Positions 14,223-21,747 of a DNA stretch of 24,000 nucleotides are shown in pieces; within the stretch, counting starts at the first letter, position 1; each line of letters starts with the position of its first letter. The position numbers and the translations under genes are program-made. Below the pieces are notes generated by a model. It worked only from the letters and a program-made list of their open reading frames with translations. It had not been told where the DNA came from and did no database searches. The stretch comes from Candidatus Woesearchaeota archaeon (GTDB lineage: Archaea; Nanobdellota; Nanobdellia; Pacearchaeales; GW2011-AR1). The stretch spans positions 1 through 24,000 of the forward strand of contig CAZKON010000004.1 in the NCBI GenBank assembly GCA_964554415.1, read 5' to 3'.

Positions 14223-14549
14223 TCATTTATAAAGCTTTCCGAACTGGCTTGAAGAATCACTCTGCAAAGAAGACACGGGACTTTTAACAGAAGCTGAAGT
14301 CCCAGTTTTCACACTCAGCTCACCCTCCCGACGACGAATCCAAGAAAAAATTGCTGAAATTAAGATAATGCTGATAAAAAGCAAGACAAAGATTCCGATA
14401 GACCATTTATATAATTCTCCTGAAGGAGAAGTAAACGCTTGATAAACTTTTACAACAAGTATAAATCCCGCAATAACAAGAGCGCAAACTCCGACACCAA
14501 GAAGAACCCTCTCTAACCACTTAGGTATCATGTTCTTCTCCATTTTCAT
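14223..14549 (-). CDS. Membrane protein, two TM helices, Ser-rich tail
   Basis: 108 aa with hydrophobic segments VLLGVGVCALVIAGFILVV and IGIFVLLFISIILISAIF. Overlaps the ligase 3' end by 29 nt. No family recognised. Confidence 0.5.
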   Translation of the reverse strand: MKMEKNMIPKWLERVLLGVGVCALVIAGFILVVKVYQAFTSPSGELYKWSIGIFVLLFISIILISAIFSWIRRREGELSVKTGTSASVKSPVSSLQSDSSSQFGKLYK

Positions 14550-16290
14550 ATTCTTTAGAATTTATCTTTCTTAATGATTCTTCTGAAGATTTCCCCTCTC
14601 TGAAATTCTGTTCATTTTTAACACATCCCTCAATGTCAGCCAGTGTAGCTATATCGCTTGTTGTTCTGTCAGGCCGATAGTGCGTAATCCTCGGAAATCG
14701 CAATGCATAACCAGATAGATAACTCGGGCTCGCCTGTATATTCTGGTATGTTACAGAAACTATAACTTTAGGTTGCACACGTACACTATTCCCCTGACTA
14801 TCAATAATCAAAGGTTTAAGTATTTGAGTCATCTCGTCATAACTAGTCCCTGCTTCTTCTTTTTCCTTCAAACCGGAAGAAACCATTCCAACTTCAGCAA
14901 ATCCATCTTGTGTTCTGCAAGCCACAACATAACTAGTCAGCCAGCCTGCTCTTTTTCCAGAGCCGTATTCTGCTCCAACAATAACTAAATCAAGGTCATT
15001 TACCACAGGTTTTAACTTCACTATATATCCAACGCGGCGCCCTTGCTTGTAAGGCGCATTAAGTGCTTTAATTATGATACCTTCTTCGCCGCTCTTCAAT
15101 GCTTCAGTATAAAATTCTTCTGCTTCACTCTCACTTCCAGTCACAATCTGTCGTGAAGCCCTAATAACCCATTCTTTTGTAGAAATCAGTTTTTCCAGCA
15201 GTTTCCTGCGCTCAATAAAAGGTATTTTTAGCACACTTTTCCCATTGAGATAAAGAACATCAAATACGTTTATCTCAACAGGCAGTTTCTTGCTCAGCTG
15301 TTCAATACCGTACTTCCTTCGGATTCTCTGGCTGATTGCTTCAAAAGGCATATACCTTTTTGTCTCTGAATTGTAGCCGACAACCTCACTATCTAAAATA
15401 AAACTCTTTGCTTTCACATATTTCCTAACAGCCGCGACAACATCAGGAAACTGAGCAGTCACATTTTCAAGTTTTCGCGTAAAGAGCATAACCTGTTTCC
15501 CGTCATAATTTATAAGCATACGGAACCCGTCATATTTATGTTCCAGTGCCGCAGGCTTCCCGCATATACGAAATGCTTCTGTAATATTTGTTACCTTAAC
15601 AGGCAGCATAACTTTAATTGCTCTCCCAGGCACGACTGAAATGCTGTCTAACCCCCCTCTTCCGCGTGCCGCGGCTGCAAAAACCAATGCAAAGTCATTT
15701 GCAAGATCGTAAGCCTCAGTCAAGCGTTCGCGCATATCTTCCTCTCCAGCAAAGAAAGCAGCAGACAATGCATCAGTCAACAATGCATCAGCAACACCAA
15801 TGCGCAAGTCCTGTAAAACAGTGCGAATCAAATATCTTGCCTCTCTTGCTGTTGCTGCTCCAAGCAATTCCGCAATGCATCCAATCTTCTTTTCAACAGC
15901 TCCTTGCCCGCTGATAATCAGTAGTTTCTGTAAAATATCAAAAACATTTGCTATGCTCAACGCCTTTGAAAATAAAGGTTGCTGTTTTCTTTTCTCAGCA
16001 AACTCCGCTGCAATATCTCCTAAATCGCCGAGATTCTTATAACGCTGAACAATTATATCGCTTCCAATCCCAAAAGCATTAGCAATTGATTTGATTGCCA
16101 ACTGTCCAGATATCCCATATTCTCGTGTATCATAATCAGGCACAACCCTCCCCCGCAATAGATATATCCATTTATATTTGCCGGTTTTATGCAGTTCTTT
16201 CAGCCAATCCGCCAGCACGCTCGTCTTTTCACCTTGTTTGCGCGTTGCTGCAAGTCGCTCATAGACCTCAACAAGAGAAAGATATTTCAT
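14521..16290 (-). CDS. lig: ATP-dependent DNA ligase
   Basis: Adenylation motif I EHKYDGFR (KxDG) and an OB-fold region, with archaeal/eukaryotic ligase length. Start moved to ATG 16290 (MKYLSLVEVYERL) because the upstream ATG at 16311 overlaps the TATA box. Confidence 0.93.
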   Translation of the reverse strand: MKYLSLVEVYERLAATRKQGEKTSVLADWLKELHKTGKYKWIYLLRGRVVPDYDTREYGISGQLAIKSIANAFGIGSDIIVQRYKNLGDLGDIAAEFAEKRKQQPLFSKALSIANVFDILQKLLIISGQGAVEKKIGCIAELLGAATAREARYLIRTVLQDLRIGVADALLTDALSAAFFAGEEDMRERLTEAYDLANDFALVFAAAARGRGGLDSISVVPGRAIKVMLPVKVTNITEAFRICGKPAALEHKYDGFRMLINYDGKQVMLFTRKLENVTAQFPDVVAAVRKYVKAKSFILDSEVVGYNSETKRYMPFEAISQRIRRKYGIEQLSKKLPVEINVFDVLYLNGKSVLKIPFIERRKLLEKLISTKEWVIRASRQIVTGSESEAEEFYTEALKSGEEGIIIKALNAPYKQGRRVGYIVKLKPVVNDLDLVIVGAEYGSGKRAGWLTSYVVACRTQDGFAEVGMVSSGLKEKEEAGTSYDEMTQILKPLIIDSQGNSVRVQPKVIVSVTYQNIQASPSYLSGYALRFPRITHYRPDRTTSDIATLADIEGCVKNEQNFREGKSSEESLRKINSKEYENGEEHDT

Positions 16291-16310
16291 GTTCCAGAAA
16301 AGCAGGTACA

Positions 16311-16318
16311 TTATATAA
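16311..16318 (-). promoter_or_regulatory. TATA-like box for lig
   Basis: TTATATAA centred about 25 nt upstream of the ATG at 16290. Confidence 0.5.
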
Positions 16319-16369
16319 CGCTTGCGTTTCGCATGCTCGGATAGAAAAAGTCGTCATCAATAGTACTCT

Positions 16370-16771
16370 CTATTCGCGCCCGAAAGGCTCCAACTTCAGC
16401 CCGGGAATACGCTCAAAATGATTTGTATTTCTTGTGAGAAGAGACTCATTCCGGGAAATACAGATAGCAGCAATCATGATATCCGTAAGTTCAATCATTG
16501 CTCCAGCAGCCTTGAGTTGTTCAAAAATCTCTGCTGCTTTCTCTGAAGCTTCAAGAGTAAAATTGAGAATTGCAACGTTATTCAAAAAAAGTTCAACTGC
16601 GTCTTTTTGGCTTTTCTTGCTGAGGCGAAGGTTTCCGCGATAGAGTTCAAATGAATTAATGCTCGTGGTAAAAAGAGGTTGTTCCCTATCTTTCAGTGAG
16701 GTAATCATCTCAAAAATAGAGCGCTCATTCTTAAGGTAATCAATGATAATATCAGTATCAAGGCAGACCAT
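16370..16771 (-). CDS. vapC: PIN-domain ribonuclease toxin VapC
   Basis: 133 aa with MVCLDTDIIIDY, SFELY, LTDIMIAA and TRNTNHF, the conserved PIN acidic positions. The start overlaps the antitoxin stop by 1 nt (TAATG). Confidence 0.85.
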   Translation of the reverse strand: MVCLDTDIIIDYLKNERSIFEMITSLKDREQPLFTTSINSFELYRGNLRLSKKSQKDAVELFLNNVAILNFTLEASEKAAEIFEQLKAAGAMIELTDIMIAAICISRNESLLTRNTNHFERIPGLKLEPFGRE

Positions 16772-16986
16772 TACTTAAATCTCCGTGATGGCATCTTCCT
16801 CTCATCGTACAACTCCTTCTTAATGCGATCCGCATCTTCTTTGCTCCAGGATCCGGCGAGTTCACGAAGTGTTTTTTTCTTTTTTTCGCGTACAATCTCT
16901 ATAACAATTTCTGAGAAAGATTTTTCTTCATCAATTTTGCGCAATTCATTGTATGCTTCATCGGAGATGCTGATGACTTTAACCAT
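16771..16986 (-). CDS. vapB: VapB-type antitoxin (ribbon-helix-helix-like)
   Basis: 71 aa. MVKVISISDEAYNELRKI...SFSEIVIEIV is typical of small archaeal VapB partners of PIN toxins. Translationally coupled to vapC. Confidence 0.7.
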   Translation of the reverse strand: MVKVISISDEAYNELRKIDEEKSFSEIVIEIVREKKKKTLRELAGSWSKEDADRIKKELYDERKMPSRRFK

Positions 16987-16991
16987 AAATG

Positions 16992-17003
16992 CATGTATAC
17001 ATG
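16992..17003. promoter_or_regulatory. Perfect 12-bp palindrome between TATA box and vapB start (candidate operator)
   Basis: CATGTATACATG lies between a TATA-like TTAAATAC (minus sense, about 17009-17016) and the vapB ATG (16986). Confidence 0.4.
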
Positions 17004-17227
17004 TATGTATTTAAGCCTTTCGATGATTCAACGATAAACTATGCTAACACTGGTTAAAAATGTCAAGACAATGCCCTTTGGGCATCTAATTGGTTTATTA
17101 ATTGCCTCTGGTTTTTCTAATATTATCAATCATTATTTCTAATGGAAAGCATTATTATTAATTAAAATATGACCTATAAAGCTATCTTCCTCCATAGGAA
17201 ATAAAATGGGGTTAAAGTTTATATTAC

Positions 17228-17710
17228 TTCAAGAACCACCCACTAAAGTGGGTGGCGTGTCGTGGTTCTTGAGCACACTCGAGAATCCTTTATTACTCCC
17301 TGCTTAAGCAGGGAGATTGCATGATGTATTATAGGATTCTCGATGTATCAGATAATGCATTAACCAAAAAGCTTGTGAATCTCCCCGCCCAAGGGTTTGC
17401 CTTCGGCAAATCCGCCTGCTGGCGGAGTGGGGCATCCAAGAAAACCAAGAACCGAAGCGGACTCATATTTGAGATAATTATCTCTTAAATAAAAGAAGAT
17501 GCTTGGGAAGTATAGAAGACTTTAGGGGTTCGTCAAGAACTTCGAGAATATGCTTATTCTCGACAGCTTCAGAAACCTCTTGTTTCTGACAGTGCTCAGA
17601 AATAGAATATTTCTGACATGCTCAAGAATTTGCCAATTCTTGACATCTGCTGATTCTTGAACGCATCCAAGAACCAGAGGTTCTTGGTGTGTCAAAGTCT
17701 TCTATACTAC
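17228..17710. repeat. Hairpin-cluster element, copy C (largest): composite nested hairpins, GC-rich three-hairpin module, and a 14-bp-closed tandem hairpin array
   Basis: 17229-17235/17266-17272 encloses 17236-17243/17248-17255 (loop TAAA). 17279-17288/17334-17343 (10 bp) encloses 17296-17303/17308-17315. Also 17396-17401/17405-17410 and 17411-17416/17421-17426 (loop TGCT). 17510-17523/17694-17707 (14 bp, perfect) encloses hairpins starting at 17542, 17569, 17596, 17622 and 17667. No ORF. Confidence 0.8.
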
Positions 17711-17721
17711 AAGCTAGATTT

Positions 17722-18651
17722 TTACTTATAACTAGATAATACCGAACGTAAAAAGCGCTGATCTACTGCATCAAATCCCAATGAATCATCCATATAAAAC
17801 ATAAGAGAAGTTGATTTTAGTTTTCCATCCTCATATAAATAATTTGAGCTTCGCCATGCGCCGACACCATTGCAATTATAGTAGCAGCCTGTTCCCTCGA
17901 GACAACCGATGCCTCTGTCTGTTTCATCACGGAAAGGAACACATCGCGTTTTATAAAATGAATCAATTTCAGTTCTCCAAAAACAATTATTATTTGACTT
18001 GCATAAATTTTCTGAAAGGTCTTTACAATAATCATAAAGCACACCAGAAGGTTCTTTTTGAGAATCTGTACACCATTTAGGACAACCATCAACGTCACAA
18101 TTAGGCATATCTTTCAAATTAAGACCATATCCATTAAATTCACCTCTTACTCGCTTTTGATCAGTTAATCCAAGTAAATGAGCAAACTCATGGACAGTTT
18201 CGATATGACCGTTACTACTAATAAGATTATCTAGAGAGATGGTAAGAGCAATCTTTCCCCCACCCCCCGACTTTCCCTTACCCACTGACTCCGCCCATCC
18301 TCCAGTTTTTTCTGAATCCTTATTATCCCAAATAATTATTGCATGATCATAAGGAATCTCTGATAAAGATAGCCAATCCTTCACGTCTGCTATACATTGA
18401 AAGGGATTATCAGCAAAATAACAATGTTTTTGTAAAAAGAAAGATTCAAGAGAAGGAGGCATTTTTTCAATTTTATAAAAATTAAACTTGTTTCTGTCTG
18501 ATTTAAAAGGTTCATAGTAAAGAATTCCCTTGTACTTACTCTCACTATCAATTTGCTCCAAAACATTCTTATCAAAATCCTCGGGATTAGAAAAATCAAG
18601 ACCGATAAATACGACATCTAACTTATCCTCGGGCTTTCCATTAATAAGCAC
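17722..18651 (-). CDS. Zinc metalloprotease domain protein (HExxH, peptidase M64-like) with Cys-rich C-terminus; probably the 3' part of a longer frameshifted gene
   Basis: HEFAHLLGLTD zincin motif preceded by an M64-like layout (DVVFIGLDF...PF...FNFYKIE...IIIWDN...GGWAE). The track start is a GTG with no signal peptide. The frame stays open upstream with no stop up to and beyond the G7 tract at 18849-18855, and contains no ATG. Confidence 0.7.
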   Translation of the reverse strand: MLINGKPEDKLDVVFIGLDFSNPEDFDKNVLEQIDSESKYKGILYYEPFKSDRNKFNFYKIEKMPPSLESFFLQKHCYFADNPFQCIADVKDWLSLSEIPYDHAIIIWDNKDSEKTGGWAESVGKGKSGGGGKIALTISLDNLISSNGHIETVHEFAHLLGLTDQKRVRGEFNGYGLNLKDMPNCDVDGCPKWCTDSQKEPSGVLYDYCKDLSENLCKSNNNCFWRTEIDSFYKTRCVPFRDETDRGIGCLEGTGCYYNCNGVGAWRSSNYLYEDGKLKSTSLMFYMDDSLGFDAVDQRFLRSVLSSYK

Positions 18652-18815
18652 TTTCTCATATACTGGAAAAGTAGATAAAAGACCTTTGCAATTGGCATCA
18701 CATTCTTGTTTAGTATAACATGAATTAGATAAATAAACATCACTCTTCTTACATCTATAACATATCTCCTCCTTAAAACAACCTTCACCACTTGTTTCTT
18801 GTTGAGACGGCTGAG

Positions 18816-21689
18816 CTACAGCTGGCGTACCTGACTGAGGAACATCTGCCCCCCCGTCCCACCGCCCCCAAACAATTTCCTGAAGAAGTTAATTATTTTC
18901 TCAAACAACCCTGCATCAACGCACTTCCCGCCCGCGCATACATTGCTCCCGCATTCATAGTTATTCTCACACGTCGCTTCTGCTGCTCTCTGCGCTTTCA
19001 TCGTCCCGCTCAATGCACAGTAATCCCCGCCTGCCCGCGTGCCAAATCCAATGCACTTGCTACTTCCATCGCTACTCGGCAAATTGCATCCGATTGTCGC
19101 GCATGAGTTGCTGCTTCCGCTTCCTCCACCGCTTCCTCCCCCGCCACTGCTTCCTCCGCTGCCAGATGTTCCCCCCGAACTACTGGTCCCGCTATAATAA
19201 ATAAATGCCGTACGCGGTGCACTTATAGAGCCTTTATGCAGAGCGACTATAGGGACATCACCACCAGTTGAACTGATAATATTATCTGTATTTGCAGGGT
19301 CAGAATAAGAAGATTGCCTCGTATAAATTTTGTTCACATCAACATAAGAAGAACTCCCGCTTCTTTGTTGACTCAACGTAATAATCGCCTCTTTGCCTGC
19401 CTCAAAATTCCCAGATACATCTTGTCCATGAACAACTAAGTGAAAATATTCAGAAAAATAAAAACGCGAAAGTGAGTTACCAATCGCACCTTGTTCAGTT
19501 GTACTACCATAAAGAGAATATCTTAAAGATTCATCTAATGTCGGAAGATAAATAGCAAGACCTTCCCGCGTGGCAAGCATATTAAACTTTATACGATTAT
19601 CTTGTGCGCTCACATAGACACTTTTCGTTCCCGAATTTATGTAAACCTCATCAATTTTCAAACTTACTAAATTATCAAAATTCACGATATCTCCTGCTTT
19701 CTTATCCCCCTTTGATGTCCATGCTCCATTGCTGTAATATTCAACATTAGTCTTGTTAGCAAACTCTTCTGCAGTATAGGAATTAAATCTAACAAGATAC
19801 GAAACAGGGTTACGAGAGTCATTAAGAGTCACAACCATATATCTATCGCCCCCAGTATAATTGTATAACACCCTACTCGTCATTGAACTTGTGACAAGGC
19901 GATTGCTAGGACTTTTACCTATACCAAGAAATGAACCAGAGGCATTAGTATACAATAAAGGCATCGTGACTTCTCCGCTTTTGATTGTTGTCTTTAATTG
20001 TAAGACATAACTTCCATCATTTGTGATAGTCGTAGTTTCTTTAAGGCTATTTGCGAGTTTATTAAGTTTCTCAAACTCTATCGCACTAGAACCTTCGCTT
20101 GTTGAATATGCAACACTAACACCTTCAGATGCACACGCACTGTCTTCAATAATGATATCTCCATCTGAAGGGTTGCAATTGACTGTTCGAAGAGTGCAAG
20201 TATTATCCTGAAGGGAAGACGAACCAGTACATGAGATTCCAAGAATTAAACATTTTCTTTTCTCAACTTTTCCTTCAGTTTTGGAAGAAATAAACGTGCG
20301 CATTTGAAGAAGCTGTAAATTAGTGGACTTATAGTTAATAGAAGTGTACAAATTACTTTCACTTTCTGATTTCACATCTTTTATAGAAAGCGCGCGCTCT
20401 TTACATGCTGTTTGAGAAAGCTTTTGGATTGCAGGCGCGTCACAAGATTCAGGAAGAAAAACAAGAGAAACCCTGCCCCAACCAAGTCCCAGTGGAGAAT
20501 TCTCAATGCCTTCAACAATTACTTTAATATTAGTCTCCGGGATTTTAAAGGATTCATATGCTCGAAGAGAGGCAGTATACTCCTTCTTATCATTCCCAAC
20601 TTTAGAAAAGTAAATCGCGGCACTTTCTCCGAAAGGTTGGGCATATACTGAAAAAGAAGTACCCATAATTCTCAAGTCAATTATCCCATCTTCAATTGTG
20701 ATTCGTGTGACATCGCACGATGCTGTTCCGCTTCCTCCGCTCGCCACGCATGCGCCATCAACACATCCATTTAAACAAGGATATTTCTCAAGTGCAGCAG
20801 TATCGGCAGAAGTGCAGAAATATTCAAAAACAACCGCACCTTCATCACTAACGCTGCAATAATCGGTCGCTTTACCGCCGTCTTTATTAACAAGTGTCCC
20901 TTTCACAAAGTAATTCTTTCCATTAGGAAATCCATCTCTTTCATCAGTATCTTTTGTGTCATCATCAGTGCACTGCGCTGTTCCGCTTCCTCCGCCTTGG
21001 TTCGGCGTTGTTGTCATTCCAGCAAGCTTCTTCTTTCCTTCACGGTATAAATCTTTCACAGCTTGCTCTGACAACGCATCTGCATACACGCGAACATCGT
21101 ACGCTCTGCCCTCAAAGTATCTATTGTCATAAGGCGCAGGCAAACCACAATCATGCCCGATGCATAAGTCACCTGTTGTACCGAGCGTGCCGGAAGCAGC
21201 AACGCTCGCTTCAAGCACTCCGCCACGATACAATGAAATAGTCGCGCCATCCCAAGTGCCAACCCAATGATCCCATGTGTTCAATGGAAGGCGATTCGCT
21301 CCAGAAGAAACCGAGTACCATGCATCATCCAAGAACACCCAGAATTTCACGCTCCCGTCTGTTTCCGCGCTTAAAATATAAGAGTTTCTCTTTGACACCC
21401 AGCTTCCAGTAATCTCATTGTTCCCTGTCCTGAGTGCCTTGGTATTAAACCATCCTCCGACAGTAACTGCTTTCTTCGATGTTTTTATATTGCTTGCAGA
21501 TGTAGTCCCATATGCACCGGAGCCATCGTAAGTTCGCACATCAGGAACTATAATCTGTGCAGAAGTTGAATAATCATCAATCACTTTTCCTGTGACTGTA
21601 AAAGGCCAAAACGCAGAAACAACACTGACACTCAAGACGAGCAATAACGCAAAGACCAGTGCAATAAAAACACTTCTTCCCTCTTTCAT
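18816..21689 (-). CDS. Giant secreted/surface protein: signal anchor, LamG (concanavalin-A-like lectin) domain, Cys-rich modules, Gly/Ser linker
   Basis: N-terminal SVFIALVFALLLVLSVSVVSA. LamG-like core ITGSWVSKRNSYILSAETDGSVKFWVFLDDAWYSV...WDHWVGTWDG...ISLYRGGV...GDLCIGHD...FEGRAYDVRVY. Cys-spaced modules (CTDDDTKD...DYC...EYFC...CLNGCVDGAC; CENNYECGSNVCAGGKC). Poly-G/S linker. Confidence 0.85.
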   Translation of the reverse strand: MKEGRSVFIALVFALLLVLSVSVVSAFWPFTVTGKVIDDYSTSAQIIVPDVRTYDGSGAYGTTSASNIKTSKKAVTVGGWFNTKALRTGNNEITGSWVSKRNSYILSAETDGSVKFWVFLDDAWYSVSSGANRLPLNTWDHWVGTWDGATISLYRGGVLEASVAASGTLGTTGDLCIGHDCGLPAPYDNRYFEGRAYDVRVYADALSEQAVKDLYREGKKKLAGMTTTPNQGGGSGTAQCTDDDTKDTDERDGFPNGKNYFVKGTLVNKDGGKATDYCSVSDEGAVVFEYFCTSADTAALEKYPCLNGCVDGACVASGGSGTASCDVTRITIEDGIIDLRIMGTSFSVYAQPFGESAAIYFSKVGNDKKEYTASLRAYESFKIPETNIKVIVEGIENSPLGLGWGRVSLVFLPESCDAPAIQKLSQTACKERALSIKDVKSESESNLYTSINYKSTNLQLLQMRTFISSKTEGKVEKRKCLILGISCTGSSSLQDNTCTLRTVNCNPSDGDIIIEDSACASEGVSVAYSTSEGSSAIEFEKLNKLANSLKETTTITNDGSYVLQLKTTIKSGEVTMPLLYTNASGSFLGIGKSPSNRLVTSSMTSRVLYNYTGGDRYMVVTLNDSRNPVSYLVRFNSYTAEEFANKTNVEYYSNGAWTSKGDKKAGDIVNFDNLVSLKIDEVYINSGTKSVYVSAQDNRIKFNMLATREGLAIYLPTLDESLRYSLYGSTTEQGAIGNSLSRFYFSEYFHLVVHGQDVSGNFEAGKEAIITLSQQRSGSSSYVDVNKIYTRQSSYSDPANTDNIISSTGGDVPIVALHKGSISAPRTAFIYYSGTSSSGGTSGSGGSSGGGGSGGGSGSSNSCATIGCNLPSSDGSSKCIGFGTRAGGDYCALSGTMKAQRAAEATCENNYECGSNVCAGGKCVDAGLFEKIINFFRKLFGGGGTGGQMFLSQVRQL

Positions 21690-21695
21690 TGTGTC

Positions 21696-21709
21696 AGAGA
21701 GAGAGAGAG
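21696..21709. repeat. (AG)7 / (CT)7 dinucleotide microsatellite between TATA box and start codon
   Basis: AGAGAGAGAGAGAG read directly. It lies between the ATG at 21689 and the TATA-like box at 21714-21726. Confidence 0.85.
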
Positions 21710-21713
21710 CGTC

Positions 21714-21726
21714 TATTTAAATATTT
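21714..21726 (-). promoter_or_regulatory. TATA-like box for the 957-aa LamG protein gene
   Basis: Minus-sense AAATATTTAAATA centred about 31 nt upstream of the ATG at 21689. Confidence 0.45.
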
Positions 21727-21747
21727 CTATGATGCATCGCCAAAAAA

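Noticed and set aside
17041-17142. 33-aa hydrophobic mini-ORF (MLTLVKNVKTMPFGHLIGLLIASGFSNIINHYF) upstream of the hairpin cluster
   Set aside because: It has no supporting promoter spacing or family signal. Such ORFs are expected by chance in AT-rich intergenic DNA.
17378-17435. GC-rich multi-hairpin segment as a tRNA, split-tRNA half or other classical RNA gene
   Set aside because: No cloverleaf can be drawn. There is no GTTCRANYC T-loop, no acceptor stem/CCA context and no anticodon arm. The hairpins (TTTGCC/GGCAAA, TCCGCC-TGCT-GGCGGA) fit the local hairpin-module family instead.
17542-17650. Possible CRISPR array, suggested by regularly spaced palindromic repeats
   Set aside because: The period is only 26-27 nt, with 5-7 nt between hairpins and therefore no spacers. 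The repeats are not identical to one another, and there are no cas genes in the window.
17040-17710. Replication origin, suggested by an AT-rich stretch at 17090-17225 next to dyad repeats such as CCACCCAC-TAAA-GTGGGTGG
   Set aside because: There is no orc1/cdc6 gene nearby. The dyads do not match ORB or mini-ORB consensus as far as I can recall. The same modules recur at other loci, including inside a gene, which fits a dispersed repeat family better than an origin.
21385-21410. Diversity-generating retroelement TR/VR pair, suggested by the identical 26-mer in the two LamG genes
   Set aside because: The match is too short and there is no adenine-specific mismatch pattern in the flanks. No reverse transcriptase is present in the window. 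Paralogy or gene conversion is sufficient to explain it.
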